Below are positions 16,351 through 21,288 of a stretch of DNA of 21,288 bases, one piece after another (positions within the stretch are counted from its first letter, which is position 1; each line of letters starts with the position of its first letter). Location of the stretch: positions 1 through 21,288 of the forward strand of contig JBNKNM010000086.1 in NCBI GenBank assembly GCA_050293845.1, written 5' to 3'. Source of the DNA: Pseudobacteriovorax sp. Lineage in GTDB: Bacteria > Bdellovibrionota_B > Oligoflexia > Oligoflexales > Oligoflexaceae. The position numbers were made by a program, and so were the translations under genes. The notes below the pieces were generated by a model. The model worked only from the letters and a program-made list of their open reading frames with translations, made no database searches and was not told where the DNA came from.

Positions 16351-17478
16351 TTAGATCTTAAAGGGAAGTTTTTCTGAGAGTATATGACAGTTGTTTGTGG
16401 TGATTAGCTTTTCTTCTTCGATGTATTTAGCTATGGCATTCGTAAATTGAGGGTCATTGAAACGATGGAGGCTATACGTGAGGGTAGGGGAGAAACCGCG
16501 GTAAATCTTGTGCTCTCCCTGAGCGCCGGCCTCAAATTGCAAGATATTTCTAGAAATTGCGAACTCAATTAATTGATAGTAACACAGTTCGAAGTGGAGG
16601 TTTTTGTATCGGGAGTCACCGCCCCAATAGCGACCATACAGTTTGCATCCCTTAAAAAAAGCTAGAGATGCTCCGACAATGTCATGGTTGTGGACTGCTA
16701 CAACAAGCAGGGTGTGGTTGTTAAAGTTGTTAAAGATAGTGCGAAAAAAATCTAGAGTCAAATAGGGTATTCCTTGCTTTTTGTCGATAGTTGTTAAATA
16801 GAATCGATAAAAAGTTTCCGCCCAATTAGCATCCAATTGTGCAGCAGTTAATAACCTAATGACAATCCCTTGCTGAGAAATACTTTCTCGTTCCTTTTTG
16901 ATTTGCCGACGGCGTTTACCTGTCAATGTAGACAGAAAATCTTCAAAGGTTTTGAAACTTTTATTTATCCAGTGAAATTGATAACTCAAACGCAGTATGT
17001 ATCCATATTTTTGCCATAGAGGTGTTTCTTCTTGGGGAACAAAAAGGTGATGAACGGAACTTACAGCAGCCTTTTTATGATCTTCCTCAAAAGCATCAAG
17101 CAGTGCCGTAATTTGCTCGGGAGAACTTTCCTTACTTGTCAAAAGTTTAGTACCAGTTGCGGGGGTGAAGGGAATCGCGCTGGTAATCTTAGGGTAGTAG
17201 TTGTAACCGTGGGCATAGTAGGCTTGGGCCCACTGCCAATCAAAAATGTATTCCCCGTAGGAGTTGTTTTTAATAAAGCAGATGAGCGCTGCCATTAATG
17301 TTCCATTTGCGAATAGAACATAGTGGTTTGGTGTCCAACCAGACATATCTCCTACACAACGAGTCGTTTCAAGAGCATTAAGAAAATTGTAATCGGTAAA
17401 GGGAAAGTCAGGATGCTCTAAGCTATGCCAATTTTCCCTATTTACCTCACTTAAAGATTTGATTCGTCTAATTTCCAT
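16351..17478 (-). CDS. FemAB-like GNAT protein (DUF482-type)
   Basis: NSYGEYIFDWQWA, YYPK…IPFTPATG, LYGRYWG, LHFELCYYQLIEFAI, FEAGAQGEHKIYRGF. Confidence 0.93.
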   Translation of the reverse strand: MEIRRIKSLSEVNRENWHSLEHPDFPFTDYNFLNALETTRCVGDMSGWTPNHYVLFANGTLMAALICFIKNNSYGEYIFDWQWAQAYYAHGYNYYPKITSAIPFTPATGTKLLTSKESSPEQITALLDAFEEDHKKAAVSSVHHLFVPQEETPLWQKYGYILRLSYQFHWINKSFKTFEDFLSTLTGKRRRQIKKERESISQQGIVIRLLTAAQLDANWAETFYRFYLTTIDKKQGIPYLTLDFFRTIFNNFNNHTLLVVAVHNHDIVGASLAFFKGCKLYGRYWGGDSRYKNLHFELCYYQLIEFAISRNILQFEAGAQGEHKIYRGFSPTLTYSLHRFNDPQFTNAIAKYIEEEKLITTNNCHILSEKLPFKI

Positions 17479-17554
17479 AGCTTTTCATCCTCAAATTCAG
17501 CATCTGTGTCGACAAGTCCTTTAAAAGTAGGTAAAGCATCATGCGGAGGTGCAA

Positions 17555-18424
17555 ATGGCTATCGTAAAAAAATACCTTTCAAAAGACAAAACTATTCGTC
17601 TCGCAAGCATCGTTAGTACCCAGCTCGTACAGGAGGCGGTGTCTAATCAGGAAATATCAGCTTTGGCTTTGGTGAGTATGGGACGTCTGTTGACGGGAAC
17701 GGTGCTTATGGCCTCACAAATGAAAGAAGATCAGCAAATTGGTGTATATATGAAGGGAGATGGACCTCTGGGCACTCTTTTCGCGGAGGCGAGCTATGGC
17801 GGGGCTTGCCGTGCCTATTGCGCCAATCGTGCAGCGACCTTCGATCTTGCTTTGCCGGTAGGCCAAGGGATTGGGAAGGGTGTCTTAGAGGTCGTGCGGG
17901 ACTTGCCCTTTCAAAAAGAACCCCATCGGGGTACTGTAGCAATTCAGACGGGGGAAGTAGGGGATGATTTAGCCTATTATATGCGGCAATCTCAGCAAAT
18001 ACCTGCAATTATTGCACTTTCGGTTACTCCTCAGGAAAACGGATGTGAGGCTGCCGGTGGCTACATACTGGAACTGATGCCAGGCTATACTAGTTCTACT
18101 ATTGATTTGGTAGAGGGAATCCAGATGCAAACCCCTCCCATTAGTTCCTTGGTGCGACAAGGAGCTGAAGCTTCTGATATTGTTTCCGATTTTCTTATTA
18201 ATATCGACTTTGATGAGGTTGAGCACCCGCACCCAGCTGTGTATCAATGCCGCTGCTCGTTGGAACGGATGGAACGTTCCCTATTGACATTGGGAGAAAC
18301 AGAACTACGATCATTATTGCATGTTAACGAAATATTGAAAGTTACCTGTGAATTTTGTGGGAAACCCTTCGAGGTTCATCAAATCCAATTGCAACGCCTA
18401 TTAAATTCAATACGACGTAAATAA
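17555..18424 (+). CDS. hslO: Hsp33 redox-regulated chaperone
   Basis: GDGPLG, GEVGDDLAYYMRQSQQIP, AAGGYILELMPG and the zinc motif CRCS…CEFC. ATG 17555 follows GGAGG. Confidence 0.95.
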   Translation: MAIVKKYLSKDKTIRLASIVSTQLVQEAVSNQEISALALVSMGRLLTGTVLMASQMKEDQQIGVYMKGDGPLGTLFAEASYGGACRAYCANRAATFDLALPVGQGIGKGVLEVVRDLPFQKEPHRGTVAIQTGEVGDDLAYYMRQSQQIPAIIALSVTPQENGCEAAGGYILELMPGYTSSTIDLVEGIQMQTPPISSLVRQGAEASDIVSDFLINIDFDEVEHPHPAVYQCRCSLERMERSLLTLGETELRSLLHVNEILKVTCEFCGKPFEVHQIQLQRLLNSIRRK

Positions 18425-18590
18425 CCGGAATCCGCAACATTCATCGCTGCTACGTTATGCCAATCTTACGAAGTCCTCAACTATCTAGATACACTGTGTT
18501 TTATTAAGCCTGCCCAGCCTTGCACCTCGTGTTTATCGCATCCCTTAAAACATGGGATGTTTTGTAAACTTCCCGATTTGGGAAATAATA

Positions 18591-18619
18591 TTGACCCATC
18601 AAAGAGAGGCTCTCATAAT
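18591..18619 (+). promoter_or_regulatory. Sigma70-type promoter upstream of the TonB-family gene
   Basis: TTGACC-N17-CATAAT (5/6 match at each box, optimal spacing), about 115 bp before the start codon. Confidence 0.5.
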
Positions 18620-18733
18620 AGATATAGCTTTGCTAGTAGTTGTCATACCCGGAAAAAAACGACTATCAACTAGAAAGATCATTGATCCGAGCTTCTTATT
18701 GTTCGCTCATCCACTTGGTGTTAATTTAACAGG

Positions 18734-19567
18734 ATGATGATCATCGTTAAAGAACCACGAAAATTCAGGATACCTCTACTTTATGTGGCCCTAGCCGTAT
18801 CCCTCCTAATTCATTTACCTATTCTACTGCTCCATATTGTAAGCATGATTCCCATAACAGAGGATCAGCTGCCCAGCACTGTAAAGATTAAAATCAGCGA
18901 GAAAAGAAATACCATCGTCGAAGCTCCTCTTCCTGAGACTGAGGAAATCCCTGTTGTTGCGGCAAAAGGAAGGCAAAATCACTACACTACACAAGAAACA
19001 CGATTGCCCCCTTCCAAAAATCATGAAAAGGGGGCTGATGCCTCACGGCATAAAAATCAAGGGGGAAATGGCGGAAAGATTAAGACGCAGGGTTACGGGG
19101 GGCTTCTGCCTAACGAAGGAGAGCTTTCTGCCTATAACGATTTCATTCCAGACAGTAGTATCCCTGTGGGGAAGGTACTGGACATAAACACTACGGACTA
19201 TCGTTATATAGGCTACACCACTTCTATTCGTAAATCTGTGGATTTGGCTTTTTATAGTCCGCTATCAGCGCTCAAAAATGAACCTCACATTAGGGAGAAG
19301 ATTCAATCTGGTACGAAAATGCGCTTTTCTGGAAAGTCCGTCGCTGTCATGACTATTGAGAAAAGTGGGCTCCTTTCAGAAGTGAAAATTGAGGAATCTT
19401 CGGGAGATAAGAAAATCGATGAGGAATGGTTGCGGATCTTAAATCTGGCAGCTCCATTTCCGCCTATTCCACGCTCCTTCCCAGAAGAAAAATTTATGAT
19501 TCGTTACACACTTTACTATGATTATGTATTCCGGGAAGAGAAGAAAATGCGTCGATTTCAATTCTAA
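18734..19567 (+). CDS. TonB-family energy transducer (TonB C-terminal domain)
   Basis: N-terminal anchor with SLLIH (SxxxH), a flexible linker, and C-terminal TIEKSGLLSEVKIEESSGDKKIDEEWLRILNLAAPFPPIP. Confidence 0.85.
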   Translation: MMIIVKEPRKFRIPLLYVALAVSLLIHLPILLLHIVSMIPITEDQLPSTVKIKISEKRNTIVEAPLPETEEIPVVAAKGRQNHYTTQETRLPPSKNHEKGADASRHKNQGGNGGKIKTQGYGGLLPNEGELSAYNDFIPDSSIPVGKVLDINTTDYRYIGYTTSIRKSVDLAFYSPLSALKNEPHIREKIQSGTKMRFSGKSVAVMTIEKSGLLSEVKIEESSGDKKIDEEWLRILNLAAPFPPIPRSFPEEKFMIRYTLYYDYVFREEKKMRRFQF

Positions 19568-19633
19568 GCTTGATGTGCGTGGTAGCAAAAAACTGCTAGA
19601 ATTAAGTTTTGTAGGATGAAAGCAGGGTGGTGT

Positions 19634-21288
19634 ATGAGCGCGGTGTTACTTGAGATAGACCGCTTGTCGGTTAAGTTTAGAGGAAGGGACGGAGCAACTG
19701 TAGCTGTAAAGGAAGCCAGTTTCCAGATTCATGACCAGGAAACCTTCGCCATAGTGGGTGAATCTGGCTCCGGAAAAAGTGTGACAGCTTTATCCGTATT
19801 AGACTTGTTGCCGGCAAATGCTGAGATTAAAGCCCATAGGATGAGTTTTAAGGGGCAGGATCTTTTGACGAATGAGAGTCCATTGCAACGAAGGCTTCGG
19901 GGTAAATCCATCGCAATGATTTTCCAGGAGCCCATGACGAGCCTTAACCCCCTTATGACAATGGGGGCTCAGGTCATGGAACCATTATTGATTCACCGTA
20001 TGGCAAATAAACAGGAGGCACGGGAAAAAGCCCACTATCTGCTTCACCGTGTTGGTATAAAGGATGTTGACAAAAGCCTGAAGAAGTATCCCCACGAGCT
20101 GTCTGGAGGGCAGCAGCAAAGAGTTATGATTGCTATGGCTTTATCTTGTAACCCCGATCTACTGATCGCTGATGAGCCGACAACAGCGCTTGATGCGACG
20201 GTTCAGCGACAAGTACTGGAGCTGATGAAGGATCTGCAGCAAGAATTTAAGATGGGTATGCTGTTTATTACTCACGACCTGGGAATTGTAGCTGATATCG
20301 CTGACAGGGTGGGGGTCATGTACCAGGGAAGTATGGAAGAACTGGCACCGACCGAAGAGATTTTTCTCAACCCTCAATCCTCATACACTAAGGGCCTTAT
20401 TGCTTGTCGCCCTCCGGCAACGTTTACACCTTATCGATTAGCAACCCTTGATGACTTTCGCCAAGGCCATAAAATTCCAAAAATAAGGCCGACCCAGGAG
20501 CTCTCTAAGGAGGTGGTTCTTCAAGGTGTGGACTTGAGTAAGATCTATCAAAAATTCCTGTTGTTCGGCAGTCAGGCAAAGAAAAAGTTTGCAGCATTAG
20601 ACCATGTTAATATTGCGATAAAAAAAGGGGAAACTCTAGGAATCGTGGGAGAATCCGGTTCAGGTAAAACTACATTGGCTCGCATACTGAACGGACTGGA
20701 CGCACCTAGCTCGGGAGAGGTTTTGTTTAAAGGTCGTCCCGTTAATTTTAAGCAGCAAAGCAAACTTTTTTCCATGCGACGGCAGATGCAGTATATCTTC
20801 CAAAATCCTTATGCTGCCATGAATCCTAAAATGAAAGTACGTGAAATTATGGAGGAACCGCTAAAAATCCACCGGCTGACTCAACGTAGGGACAAAATTG
20901 AGCATCTATTTGAAAAGGTGGGCTTGGATCCCCAGCATTTGGATCGCTATCCCCATGAGTTTTCAGGTGGGCAGCGACAGAGGATATGTATTGCGCGAGC
21001 CCTAACCCTTGACCCTGAGGTTTTGATTTGTGATGAATGTGTTTCTGCTTTAGATGCCTCGGTTCAGGCGCAAATTTTAAACTTGTTGCTTGATCTTAAA
21101 GAACAGTTCCAACTAACATATTTGTTTATTTCCCATGATTTAAATGTCGTGAGATTTTTCTCAGATCGCGTCGTTGTGATGTTCCAGGGTAAAGTTGTGG
21201 AGACTAATACGGCTGATCAAGTGTACCACCATCCCCAGAGTACGTTTGCGCAGCAACTGGTGGCTGCGATTCCCCATCAACTGCCTGG
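19634..21288 (+). CDS. Peptide/oligopeptide ABC transporter ATP-binding protein with duplicated ATPase domains (truncated at window edge)
   Basis: Not in the ORF track because there is no stop in the window. MSAVLLEIDRLSVKF…GESGSGKS…MIFQEPMTSLNP…YPHELSGGQQQR…LIADEPTTALD, then GESGSGKTT…YPHEFSGGQRQR…ICDECVSALD. Confidence 0.95.
   Translation, partial: MSAVLLEIDRLSVKFRGRDGATVAVKEASFQIHDQETFAIVGESGSGKSVTALSVLDLLPANAEIKAHRMSFKGQDLLTNESPLQRRLRGKSIAMIFQEPMTSLNPLMTMGAQVMEPLLIHRMANKQEAREKAHYLLHRVGIKDVDKSLKKYPHELSGGQQQRVMIAMALSCNPDLLIADEPTTALDATVQRQVLELMKDLQQEFKMGMLFITHDLGIVADIADRVGVMYQGSMEELAPTEEIFLNPQSSYTKGLIACRPPATFTPYRLATLDDFRQGHKIPKIRPTQELSKEVVLQGVDLSKIYQKFLLFGSQAKKKFAALDHVNIAIKKGETLGIVGESGSGKTTLARILNGLDAPSSGEVLFKGRPVNFKQQSKLFSMRRQMQYIFQNPYAAMNPKMKVREIMEEPLKIHRLTQRRDKIEHLFEKVGLDPQHLDRYPHEFSGGQRQRICIARALTLDPEVLICDECVSALDASVQAQILNLLLDLKEQFQLTYLFISHDLNVVRFFSDRVVVMFQGKVVETNTADQVYHHPQSTFAQQLVAAIPHQLP

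Noticed and set aside
8274..20775. Numerous short antisense or overlapping ORFs in the track (e.g. 8274-8621, 12105-12461, 12689-13039, 14770-15015, 17706-18008, 19729-20775)
   Set aside because: They are shadows of well-supported genes on the opposite strand or in another frame.

Overview
Bacterial genomic window, probably from an Oligoflexia/Bdellovibrionota-like organism (inferred only from gene content and lipoprotein style). The left ~9.7 kb is accessory. It starts with the truncated 5' end of a probable HUH/Y1 (REP-associated, IS200-like) tyrosine transposase on the minus strand (1-71, missed by the ORF track). Upstream of it is an unusual array of nested duplications that all end at the same point (…CAAGAAACTC|), followed by a pyrimidine tract made of short modules mostly ending in CTC. 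Next come a Sel1-like lipoprotein, several secreted hypothetical proteins, two paralogous internalin-like LRR lipoproteins, a GNAT acetyltransferase, a decayed cheA-like kinase fragment and another probable gene remnant. The right ~11.5 kb looks like core genome: tldD-pmbA-bcp, a candidate ~200-nt rod-shaped ncRNA (6S-like), a lipoprotein, an SH3/coiled-coil protein, a purple-acid-phosphatase-like metallophosphoesterase, a FemAB-like GNAT, hslO, a TonB-family protein and a dual-ATPase peptide ABC transporter subunit running off the right edge. Two genes share the same sigma28-like upstream motif (CTAAA-N16-TCCGATAG). The best candidate for a novel system is the transposase-linked fixed-end array at 69-528. 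All calls are by eye; no database searches or folding programs were run.
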